Notes under the pieces: model-generated
The model's database searches: none
Seen by the model: the letters and a program-made list of their open reading frames with translations, nothing else
Told to the model about the DNA's origin: nothing
Position numbers and translations under genes: made by a program
From: Tubiluchus corallicola
Lineage: Eukaryota; Animalia; Priapulida
Length of the DNA stretch: 15,967 nt
Reading direction: 5' to 3'
Assembly (NCBI GenBank): GCA_030141605.1
Contig: JAQGDQ010002071.1
Span: 1-15,967, forward strand
Part shown: positions 1 to 10,529 of the stretch, piece after piece
Layout of the letters: each line of letters begins with the position of its first letter
Position numbering within the stretch: position 1 is the first letter of the stretch

Positions 1-2339
1 CATATGTTTCTTACGTATTTAAACAATAGAACAGCACTGATCAATAGTTGGGTAATAGAAATGAACCTCGCACATACGTTTCTTATGTATTTAAACAATA
101 GAACAGCACTGATCATTAGTTGGGTAATAGAAATGAACCTCCCACATATGTTTCTTACGTATTTAAACAATAGAACAGCACTGATCAATAGTTGGGTAAT
201 AGAATAGAACCTCCCACATACGTTTTTTATGTATTTAAACAATAGAACAGCACTGATCAATAGTTGGGTAATAGAAACGAACCTCCCACATATGTTTCTT
301 ACGTATTTAAACAATAGAACAGCACTGATCAATAGTTGGGTAATAGAAATGAACCTCCCACATACGTTTCTTATGTATTTAAACAATAGAACAGCACTGA
401 TCATTAGTTGGGTAATAGAAATGAACCTCCCACATATGTTTCTTACGTATTTAAACAATAGAACAGCACTGATCATTAGTTGGGTAATAGAAATGAACCT
501 CCCACATATGTTTCTTACGTATTTAAACAATAGAACAGCACTGATCAATAGTTGGGTAATAGAAATGAACCTCGCACATACGTTTCTTACGTATTTAAAC
601 AATAGAACAGCACTGATCATTAGTTGGGTAATAGAAATGAACCTCCCACATATGTTTCTTACGTATTTAAACAATAGAACAGCACTGATCAATAGTTGGG
701 TAATAGAAATGAACCTCCCACATACGTTTTTTATGTATTTAAACAATAGAACAGCACTGATCAATAGTTGGGTAATAGAAATGAACCTCCCACATATGTT
801 TCTTACGTATTTAAACAATAGAACAGCACTGATCAATAGTTGGGTAATAGAAATGAACCTCGCACATACGTTTCTTACGTATTTAAACAATAGAACAGCA
901 CTGATCAATAGTTGGGTAATAGAAATGAACCTCCCACATATGTTTCTTACGTATTTAAACAATAGAACAGCACTGATCAATAGTTGGGTAATAGAAATGA
1001 ACCTCCCACATATGTTTCTTACGTATTTAAACAATAGAACAGCACTGATCATTAGTTGGGTAATGGAAATGAACCTCCCACATGTTTACGTATTTAAACA
1101 ATAGAACAGCACTGATCATGGGTAATAGAAATGAACCTCCCACATACGTTTTTTATGTATTTAAACAATAGAACAGCACTGATCAATAGTTGGGTAATAG
1201 AAATGAACCTCCCACATATGTTTCTTACGTATTTAAACAATAGAACAGCACTGATCAATAGTTGGGTAATAGAAATGAACCTCCCACATACGTTTCTTAC
1301 GTATTTAAACAATAGAACAGCACTGATCAATAGTTGGGTAATAGAAATGAACCTCGCACATATGTTTCTTACGTATTTAAACAATAGAACAGCACTGATC
1401 AATAGTTGGGTAATAGAAATGAACCTCCCACATATGTTTCTTACGTATTTAAACAATAGAACAGCACTGATCAATAGTTGGGTAATAGAAATGAACCTCC
1501 CACATATGTTTCTTACGTATTTAAACAATAGAACAGCACTGATCAATAGTTGGGTAATAGAAATGAACCTCCCACATACGTTTCTTATGTATTTAAACAA
1601 TAGAACAGCACTGATCAATAGTTGGGTAATAGAAATGAACCTCCCACATATGTTTCTTACGTATTTAAACAATAGAACAGCACTGATCAATAGTTGGGTA
1701 ATAGAAATGAACCTCCCACATACGTTTCTTATGTATTTAAACAATAGAACAGCACTGATCAATAGTTGGGTAATAGAAATGAACCTCCCACATATGTTTC
1801 TTACGTATTTAAACAATAGAACAGCACTGATCAATAGTTGGGTAATAGAAATGAACCTCCCACATACGTTTCTTATGTATTTAAACAATAGAACAGCACT
1901 GATCAATAGTTGGGTAATAGAAATGAACCTCCCACATATGTTTCTTACGTATTTAAACAATAGAACAGCACTGATCAATAGTTGGGTAATAGAAATGAAC
2001 CTCGCACATACGTTTCTTACGTATTTAAACAATAGAACAGCACTGATCATTAGTTGGGTAATAGAAATGAACCTCCCACATATGTTTCTTACGTATTTAA
2101 ACAATAGAACAGCACTGATCAATAATTGGGTAATAGAAATGAACCTCCCACATATGTTTCTTACGTATTTAAACAATAGAACAGCACTGATCAATAGTTG
2201 GGTAATAGAAATGAACCTCGCACATACGTTTCTTATGTATTTAAACAATAGAACAGCACTGATCATTAGTTGGGTAATAGAAATGAACCTCCCACATATG
2301 TTTCTTACGTATTTAAACAATAGAACAGCACTGATCAAT
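1..2339. repeat. 72-bp tandem repeat (minisatellite/satellite), about 32.5 copies, truncated by the window start
   Basis: Monomer CATAYGTTTCTTAYGTATTTAAACAATAGAACAGCACTGATCAATAGTTGGGTAATAGAAATGAACCTCCCA recurs every 72 bp (1, 73, 145 ... 1081). The monomer at 1081-1142 has two 5-bp net deletions, and the period resumes at 1143 ... 2295. It explains ORFs 4..207, 229..1104, 1131..2375 and 1094..2338. Confidence 0.98.
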
Positions 2340-2561
2340 GTTAAGAAACGTACTTCTACTGATCTATTAAAATAATACTGGTGTCCTATTAGCCTAGAGT
2401 TCAGCTTGCAATCTGTACCGTAATAGCTTCGACATTTATGCTATACGTTCCAGGCATGAAATTGATTGATACCATACTAGGTCATACCATACTCTAGTGA
2501 GCGTAAAACACGTTCTGAGAGGCGTAGGGTTTCTCCAGCTTTCCTTGTTATCATATTACGC

Positions 2562-2567
<6 letters not shown>

Positions 2568-2593
<26 letters not shown>
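2568..2593. repeat. (TA)13 microsatellite
   Basis: Perfect TA run read directly from the sequence. Confidence 0.95.
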
Positions 2594-2663
2594 AACACTT
2601 AATCCCTGGAAGTATTAATTATAATAGCACCCACTTGTGCCTGACATATGCTACTGTCATTAG

Positions 2664-3011
2664 TTAGTTTAGTTTAAACATAATTTATTTAGGATTGGAT
2701 CAGGCACTTTGTACAACATGATTTAAGATCCTCACCACATCAGACTTTATACACTATTTACAAGAACATTTACAGTAAGAATAGACTATACTTAGTTTTT
2801 AGTATACTTTAGTATACTAAAGTTTTACTACAGGGATACATTAGACATTAGTAGAAAATGACGGTTAGTAAATATTAATGTACGATTATTTAAGACTGAT
2901 GCATTTCATATCAGATAGAAACTACTGGAAGCGTTTAGTACGTAATATAAACTCATGTATACATTGGAATTTTTTACAGTTAGCAACATAGTTAAATTCA
3001 TCTTTACCGAA
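2664..3011 (-). mobile_element. 5'-truncated non-LTR retrotransposon (CR1/L2/Jockey-group LINE) 3' end with 11-bp target-site duplication
   Basis: The minus strand 3011->2922 reads FGKDEFNYVANCKKFQCIHEFILRTKRFQ*, resembling the typical LINE ORF2 C-terminus (LLFG...N..IF..VH.FI..TKRF*). A 3' UTR follows, ending AAATAAATTATGTTTAAACTAAACTAA. The direct repeat ACTGTCATTAG flanks it at 2653-2663 and 3012-3022. Clade assignment is from recalled motif similarity, not a search. Confidence 0.85.
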
Positions 3012-3047
3012 ACTGTCATTAGCTATGCTTATTAAGACATTTTCAAA

Positions 3048-3285
3048 GAAGAAAAAGAAAGAACAATAGTTACGTGCCCTTGACGAAGCGAAGAGATGCA
3101 AGGTTAAAGTCCTACAAGGTGGGGGGGGGGGGGGGGGCAGGTGGCTAGCCCCAGTACGTAATCAAATATGCCCAGCTAAGACTGAGGGTGAACAGGGAGG
3201 TCTCGAAAAACACCCGAAGTCAGTTGAATTCGAACCCAGAACCTTTAAATTGACAACAGCGCATTCCTCACATGACCGAAGATGC
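3048..3285 (-). mobile_element. tRNA-derived SINE
   Basis: Minus strand has a degenerate A-box-like CGGTCATGTG (about 3269-3278) and a B box GGTTCGAATTC (3226-3236) at tRNA-like spacing. The body includes CCTCCCTGTTCACCCTCAG and a C17 run, and the 3' tail is T/C-rich (TTCTTTCTTTTTCTTC). No clear TSD; boundaries approximate. Confidence 0.65.
3121..3137 (+). repeat. G17 homopolymer (G-quadruplex-capable) inside the SINE
   Basis: 17 consecutive G. Confidence 0.9.
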
Positions 3286-3302
3286 GTGGTAAGCCGTTAT
3301 AG

Positions 3303-3477
3303 TGCAGTTGCAGTTGCAGTTACAGTTACAGTTGCAGTTGCAGTTGCAGTTGCAGTTACAGTTACAGTTACAGTTGCAGTTGCAGTTGCAGTTACAGTTA
3401 CATTTACGGTTACAGTTACACTTACAGTTACAGTTACAGTTACAGTTGCAGTTGCAGTTACAGTTACAGTTACAGTT
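3303..3477. repeat. (CAGTTR)n hexanucleotide microsatellite, about 29 copies
   Basis: Mixed CAGTTG/CAGTTA units; explains ORFs 3250..3525 (VA/VT) and 3302..3484 (QL). Confidence 0.95.
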
Positions 3478-4172
3478 TACTTAAACTTACTAATTTATAT
3501 ACAAAAAACGTTAGTGTGTATATAAAGCCCATTTTCCCAATAGTAATTTACAATGCTCCTAATACATGCTTTACAGAAAAACATTTTAAATTGTTAAATG
3601 TCCCACAACAACCTACGTTCTCATCTGCTAGAGAGCAATTGATTTGTTATTTCTTAATAATTTTTTTTGTAATTGGTCAGTATTTAATAAATTGATATTA
3701 TACTGCTATATTAAAAATTTGAAATTTCTGTTATGAATTGTATTCGTTTCTAGGCGATAAATTATATTTGCAGTGTATGAGTGTTGTGTTGAAGCCTGAA
3801 GTTCTCACTTACATAAATAATGGAGTATTTGTTTCCATGACATAAGAAACACCCTTATGTCTAATTATAATCATGCATATTTAGTTATTTACCTCTATAC
3901 AGCTACGTAATATTGCGCTTGTTCAATCCGATATCGAACAATACACGGATTATTTATTCATCGGAGCCAAGGCGTAGATGATAAAGTACTAAATAAGTTA
4001 TTTGTTTATTACGTGTAGCACGTGTAGTACGTACTACAGCTTGTGCAACGCATATTTACTAAAATGCAGTGCTGTGCATAGATGAAAATTATTGAAATTT
4101 CAAACAAGTGCGTCCAAACAAATAAGATTGCATAGAAAGAACAATTTAATTTCAGTATTTTCAGAAATAAGA

Positions 4173-4859
<687 letters not shown>

Positions 4860-5131
4860 ATCCATCAATAAATCTAATTTTAGTTTATCTATTCTACGAA
4901 TGTTGTTATACCTAGGTTAGACAATAGAAGATAGAAATAAAATTTCTATCTATCTATCCATCCATCCATCCATCCATCCATCCATCCATCCATCCATCCA
5001 TCCATCCATCCATCCATCCATCCATCCATCCATCCATCCATCCATCCATCCATCCATCCATCCATCCATCCATCAATAAATCTTATTTCAGTTTATCCAT
5101 TCTACGAATGTTGTTATACCCAGGTTAGACA
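4860..5131 (+). repeat. 64-bp direct duplication (4860-4923 and 5068-5131), each copy following a microsatellite
   Basis: ATCCATCAATAAATCT...GAATGTTGTTATACCYAGGTTAGACA present twice, 60/64 identical by manual alignment, offset 208 bp. Confidence 0.92.
4945..5072. repeat. Compound (TCTA)3(TCCA)29 microsatellite
   Basis: TCTA units at 4945-4956 switch to perfect TCCA units at 4957-5072. Confidence 0.97.
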
Positions 5132-5747
5132 TTACATGATGGCAAACAATCTAAATTACAATCAACGACACCCGTTTTCCCTGTCGTTCCTGTACGTATG
5201 GGAAGTATCAATGTACCTGTGATGGCAATTCAAACATCAAACGAAAATTACCTGCTGTGATGTTGCAGCAGAAATTGCCGACAATTGGCAAAATATTTCA
5301 CTCGATTCGCGCGATTATCTGCGGCAATCTCAGAAAAGCTTGTCAATTTCTATAAGCTATAACATGGCTTCATAATGCGGCTGGCTGGGCGGCTTCTACT
5401 TTGGCGGACACTATTCACAAAGGACGTACACCATCAACCTAATGACATTTGCAAAGTCGTTAATCTCAATTACGCCGCGGTCACGGTTCTACTTGAGCTG
5501 CGGAATACGGCAAGGTGCGGTACTGGGGCCGGCGCTGTCGCAGGAATTTGTCAGTTAAATTCATGTAATCGATATAGACACTATAAATCAATAGATCGAT
5601 TAATTGTTTACAGAAAAGCTTACAATAGCTAAGAGAAATATCTTTAATTATGGAAATCTAAAGGTTTGTGCGATGTAGATTGTTTTTAGTAGAATTTAAG
5701 ATGAATCAAGAACAAAGCAGAAAACAAAGTACATATAGCTTGACAAT

Positions 5748-6288
5748 TGAATTATGAATTTATTCTACAGCAACTCAAACATACATAGAAATTGATATTA
5801 CATTGAAAAATAAATAAACTATGCGAGTTACTGTGAGGAGGAGGAAGGAGCATTTAGCTTTCGAGTCCTCCTCCAAATAACTGAAACAATTGACAATTAA
5901 CATTACATTTTCATCAGTTATAACGTACATGAGAACAAAATAAGTTTTGTTAGTAACTTAAGATCAGGATGAGTAAAATTGTGAGTTAATTATACCGTTG
6001 TAGTAGGTAATTCTTTGATGCTTTTTTAAATTGATAAAGATTAAGAGTTTTCATTTCACGTGGAATTGATGACCATATTTTAATAGCATTATATTTTGAT
6101 ACCTGTTTCATTATATTTGTTTTTGGAAGAGGGAGTACATAGTTTTCGACTGAATATCTTGTGTAATGATCATGTTGATTTGAAACTGGACTAAAGTATG
6201 GTGGAAGTAGTGAATTATGATACTGATACATGAAATGAAGACAATACATGTCATATATTTCTTTCACTTTAAGAGTTTTAACAGACAA
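5748..6288 (-). mobile_element. 5'-truncated CR1/L2-group LINE: ORF2 C-terminus plus 3' UTR
   Basis: ORF 5986..6288 carries the typical post-RT C-terminal pattern (FMY....LLP.YF....H.HYTR......LP.......Y.AIKIW..IP......L..FKK..K.YLL). The 3' UTR has a 9-bp stem (GGAGGAGGA 5837-5845 / TCCTCCTCC 5866-5874) and a minus-strand AATAAA at 5760-5765. No RT core is present and no TSD was found. Confidence 0.85.
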
Positions 6289-6667
6289 GTAAATTATATT
6301 TGTGGGATGGTCATACTTTACATGATATGTCGTCTAAAAATTTAACCTTTTTAGATAACACCCCACAAATTATTTATTCTCAGCATAAAGATTATACAGC
6401 AGAAGCACAAATTTTAACAGTGTTGCATGTACCAAGCTCTGAAAGCCAACTGCTCAGGTAAGATTTTTCTATACAGGTATGAAAGAAGCCCACAATTAAG
6501 TTGATTGGATAAAGAAAATGTCATGCTTACCGGATATTCAAAATTCTAGTATAAATAATAAAAGTTCAGACTGTATAAGGCAGAGGAATAAATTCATTTT
6601 AATTATGAAAATTAGTGAGTTCTTTACATGAGAATTAAATTAAACATTGCAGCAAAGTATATATAAT

Positions 6668-6973
6668 GATTAATAAACAAATTAACAATTAAACAAATTA
6701 ATAAACTGATTAATAATTAATCAAATTAATAAACTGATTAATAATTAATCAAATTAATAAACTGATTAATAACTAATCAAATTAATAAACTGATTAATAA
6801 CTAATCAAATTAATAAACTGATTAATAACTAATCAAATTAATAAACTGATTAATAATTATTCAAATTAATAAACTGATTAATAACTAATCAAATTAATAA
6901 ACTGATTAATAATTAAACAAATTAATAAAGTGATTAATAATTAATCAAATTAATAAACTAACTAACAATTAAT
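6668..6973. repeat. 28-bp AT-rich minisatellite, about 10 copies
   Basis: Unit AAATTAATAAACTGATTAATAAYTAATC starts at 6695, 6723, 6751 ... 6947, with degenerate edges. Confidence 0.95.
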
Positions 6974-7449
6974 GGAATCGTGTACTTCACGACAAACATG
7001 GCTGAGAATTGGTGACAACAAGGAAGTGGTAGACTAAAGACAAGAATGTATATAATACAGTATTATTTCATTCTTTGGCAATTTCTGGCTAGTTAAGCAT
7101 TAAGAATGTAACATTTGAGTTTAAATCTGGTCATTTGGACGGGGCGACTGGGGAAGGTTAAATTTTTAGACGAACACTAAGGCAAATGTTTTAGGATACT
7201 TGGTAAAAAACTGATGAGCCAAGAAAAGCAAGGCGACTGGCACTCGCAAGCGGGCAATTGAAAGAAAGACGGGCCAGTGAGGTGTCCTAAAACGTCGCCT
7301 ACCAGAAGACCAGCCAAAAGATTCAGTCCCACAAAGACTGTTGCCATCACGTATTTACAACAGAAGAGAATGATCTAGAAAAAGCCAGGCTAATGATACT
7401 AATAAACCAGTGAGCTGTTCTAGTAAGCCATGAGTTTAAACTTGATATG

Positions 7450-7684
7450 TCATCATCATCATCAACATCAACATCATCATCATCGTCATCATCATCATCA
7501 TCATCAACATCAACATCAACATCATCATCATCGTCGTCGTCATCAACATCAACATCATCATCATCGTCGTCGTCATCAACATCAACATCAACATCATCAT
7601 CATCATCATCGTCGTCGTCGTCATCATCTTCGTCATCATCATTACCACTACAAACATGGACATCACACCACCATCACCACCACG
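7450..7684. repeat. Compound (CAT/CAA/CGT)n trinucleotide microsatellite decaying into CAC
   Basis: Direct reading; explains the poly-His, poly-Ser and poly-Met ORFs at 7430-7719. Confidence 0.95.
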
Positions 7685-8275
7685 ATCAACGTATAACCCG
7701 TAGTTTGCTGAAACAGTGAAACGAATTATTGATGTTCGATGTTACTGTCGTTTTCTGCTGCTGCCACTGTTGCCATTGCTGTTGTTCCACTGTAGCTGCA
7801 GCTGCTGCAATTACTGTGACCTCCGTTGCCGCTGTCCTATTCCATTTTATTTATAATTTGAACTTCAGTCATTTTGTAATCATGTCAAACTTATATTACA
7901 ATGATTTTGTGTTAGAAGGGCACGACCTCTAATCATATACAAACGTTGCATCATGAATTTGGAGCCTCTTGGTTTCTGAAGTGACTTCTAAGGGTTAAAC
8001 TTCGGCTGCGTTACCTGCTAATAGTTTTTGAAAAGGTGTGCCTGCTGCAATGAAGACTGATTGCAAACCTTCATCCTAATTGACCGGATCAAATAACTCG
8101 CATCCATCTTCTTAACGACTAAAGCGTAATTATGATGACGTGTTACAGTTTAATTATTGAAATTGTTTTGTATTAATAATGAGAGACTCGATCTGGTTTG
8201 GTGACTATGATCGATGCGTGTGCAGAGGTCACGTGAGCAATGTATTGTGGCGACGCCTTGTGTTCACAGTTAACA

Positions 8276-8350
8276 TTTCATTTCACTTCAAATCAATTCA
8301 GTTCAGTTCAATACAATTCAATTCAAATGAGTTTAGTTCGTTTCAATTTA
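8276..8350. repeat. Degenerate (TTCAR)n pentanucleotide repeat
   Basis: TTCAT TTCAC TTCAA ATCAA TTCAG TTCAG TTCAA TACAA TTCAA TTCAA ... Confidence 0.75.
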
Positions 8351-9490
8351 AACTATTTAGCATTTAGCGCCAAGATATGAGAACTTCAATTAAAAAGTAA
8401 CTCGCAGCTACAGTATTACAAATTTAGGATTCGGTACAGCATGACGACATGGGTTGTTATTAGTTTTTTTTTGTATTTGCGATTTGAAAAATTAAATGCG
8501 CGTTATCAATAATTTTGTTAAATCACAAAATTGCATCTTAAAAGTATTGAAAAAGATTGTTATCAAAGCTGTCGAACTGACGGATTCACACTGGAGTAAT
8601 GATGGCAGAGATTAAAATGACCCGATACATTATTTCGAGAAACTCACAAAAATGTGAAAAATGTTCTGGAGAGCTTGATTTTGATACCGTTCCTTCTCAG
8701 GAGTCTCTTCAGTCATAATCATTGCAAATGTCCTGGATGTTCAGACCGTGTAATCAAAATATTGAGTCCTTTTATTAATTTCTGTTAAAGACATTGAGCA
8801 CTTTTATTAAAGCAAAACAATCTACTCTTTAAATATTGAATGGAAACATACTATTTTAATGACTTACGTGAAAGAATTATTACCACACAAACACAATTTC
8901 ACGTTCGCGCCACTAGTTCTTCGCTATTACATGAAATTCACCATTCTGTAGTTAAACGGGCACTGGCACCTGCATTTTGGAAGCGCAGTGCACAAAAATA
9001 GGTGCTGAACCTCTCAGTTAAGATGTGTTCGTTTATGACGTACTACACACATTCGACAGCTCAGGCGTGAGCACAGGGGTGAATTTGAAATTTGAATTTT
9101 AATCTTAAAACTTGCCTAGTTTTAGTACAACACACTGAATATCTTACAGTTGCACTGTACTTCAATTTTCTCTTTCGCAAACACGTGCAATACGCTTGTG
9201 GAATGTTTTGGCTGTTGAAAATTATGTTAGTTGTGATGTCATCAATAGTTGGGCTCGCCCGCCGTTACTTAAGTTTTTAATCTATTATTTAATTATTAGA
9301 AACGCTTTATCAGCATTAATTGTGTTACAATGTATACTTTTATCGGACTTGAAAATGGGGTAGTATGTGAAAAATCATCCTGTCTTCCTTTAACTTTTAT
9401 TGTTTTTCAACCCCCAAGAACAGCTGCTTTTAGTCCTTTAATTTCAACTGTTTTTAATGGTGAGGGAACGTAGCAGGTTGAGGTGATTTC

Positions 9491-9504
9491 ATTGCCATGA
9501 CGAC
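9491..9504 (+). promoter_or_regulatory. Candidate RFX X-box
   Basis: ATTGCC-AT-GACGAC matches the degenerate X-box consensus RTHNYY-WT-RRNRAC; motif match only. Confidence 0.3.
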
Positions 9505-9823
9505 ACTCAGCCATAGCGTCCCGGCTTGTTTAATTACGCGCTCCCCGAGATGCTAAAACAATAAGAGTTCTAGAAGGGTTACTTGAGAAGTGAAGTGTTT
9601 CAAACCGACAAGCCGGTTAATCGATTTGAAGAAAGCAAATTTTCCGCGAAATTAAATCAGCGCGAGAGGCTGCGAGAGCAAACGAGATGCGGAGGAAAAT
9701 ATGATGATGGATGCAAGACTACAGCGAGAGCTCAGCAGTTACGTGAACTATGAAAGATATTACCTTGTTATTTCACTTTCTTACTACGTTAGAATCAAAC
9801 TGTCGTTGGAAAAATTATTTACC

Positions 9824-9837
9824 GTTGCCATGGATAC
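9824..9837 (-). promoter_or_regulatory. Candidate RFX X-box (strong match)
   Basis: GTTGCCATGGATAC (minus strand GTATCC-AT-GGCAAC) is 12/14 identical to the palindromic X-box GTTGCCATGGCAAC, with one perfect half-site. Confidence 0.45.
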
Positions 9838-9878
9838 GGATCCGATTTGACATTATGATTGACGTTATTTCAACAGAA

Positions 9879-9922
9879 TCTCTCTCCCCGCTCTCTCTCT
9901 CTCTCTCTCTGTCTCTTGCTCT

Positions 9923-9988
<66 letters not shown>

Positions 9989-10237
9989 CATTCTGTTTCT
10001 CTGCTTATTCCTCTTCCGTCCCACCTCCTCTCTCTTTTTGTCTGTCTGTCTCTTTCCTCTCTCTCCCCTGTCTCTCTCCCTTTCTCTCCCCCTCTCTCTC
10101 TTTCTCTCTCTCTCTCCCTTTCTCTCTCTCCCGTCTCTCTCTTTCTCTCCCCGCTCTCTCTCTCTCTCTCTCTCTCTCCCTGTCTCTCCCCCTCTCTCTC
10201 TTTCTCTCTCTCTCTCCCTTTCTCTCTCCCGTCTCTC

Positions 10238-10270
<33 letters not shown>

Positions 10271-10455
10271 TTCTCCATTCTTTCTCCATTCTGTTTCTCT
10301 GCTTATTCCTCTTCCGTCCCACCTCCTCTCTCTTTCTGTCTGTCTGTCTCTTTCCTCTCTCTCCCCTGTCTCTCTCCCTTTCTCTCCCCCTCTCTCTCTT
10401 TTTCTCTCTCTCTCTCCCTCTCTCTCCCCCCCTCTCTCTCTCTCTCTCTCTGTTT

Positions 10456-10505
<50 letters not shown>

Positions 10506-10529
10506 CTGCTCTGCTTTTTCCCCTCTTTC
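9879..10529. repeat. About 650-bp (CT)n-rich polypyrimidine/polypurine tract with an internal duplication
   Basis: Almost purine-free plus strand. The block TTTCTCCATTCTGTTTCTCTGCTTATTCCTCTTCCGTCCCACCTCC... occurs at 9983 and 10281 (offset 298). Explains the SL- and ER-repeat ORFs at 9750-10614. Confidence 0.96.

Noticed and set aside
1-2339. CRISPR-like regular repeat (also considered for 11136-12124)
   Set aside because: Monomers are head-to-tail with no unique spacers, there are no cas genes, and the context is eukaryotic.
4-2375. ORFs of 67-414 aa with a 24-aa repeat on both strands
   Set aside because: They are translations of a 72-bp tandem repeat, interrupted by a stop and a frameshifting deletion, with no unique domain or splice context.
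3200-3290. Functional tRNA gene
   Set aside because: A B box is present, but the A box is degenerate and I could not build a convincing cloverleaf; a SINE head explains it better.
5270-5632. 85-aa ORF 5375..5632 and imperfect inverted repeat GAAATTGCCG / CGGCAATCTC
   Set aside because: No recognisable protein motif; the inverted repeat is short and imperfect, with no TSD or termini.
6410-6482. Plus-strand exon-like segment ACAG|6421-6457|GTAAGA and TACAG|GTATGA
   Set aside because: It is on the opposite strand to the host gene, 37 nt long with no recognisable peptide and no partner exons.
7090-7420. Possible decayed RTE-clade LINE C-terminus (GH..., RPAKR, DLEKA fragments)
   Set aside because: The motifs lie in different frames with atypical spacing and many stops; unsupportable without a profile search.
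7430-7932. Poly-His, poly-Ser, poly-Met and Cys/Ala-rich ORFs
   Set aside because: They arise from trinucleotide microsatellites and low-complexity CTG/TTG runs, with no splice or domain support.
8179-8367. ORF containing YDRCVCRG, superficially like the next GPR158 EGF-like exon
   Set aside because: Wrong strand, and it lacks the GLGF.RG and GFY.P motifs.
8934-9086. 9-bp inverted repeat AAATTCACC / GGTGAATTT as possible MITE ends
   Set aside because: Too short, no TSD, and expected by chance in AT-rich DNA.
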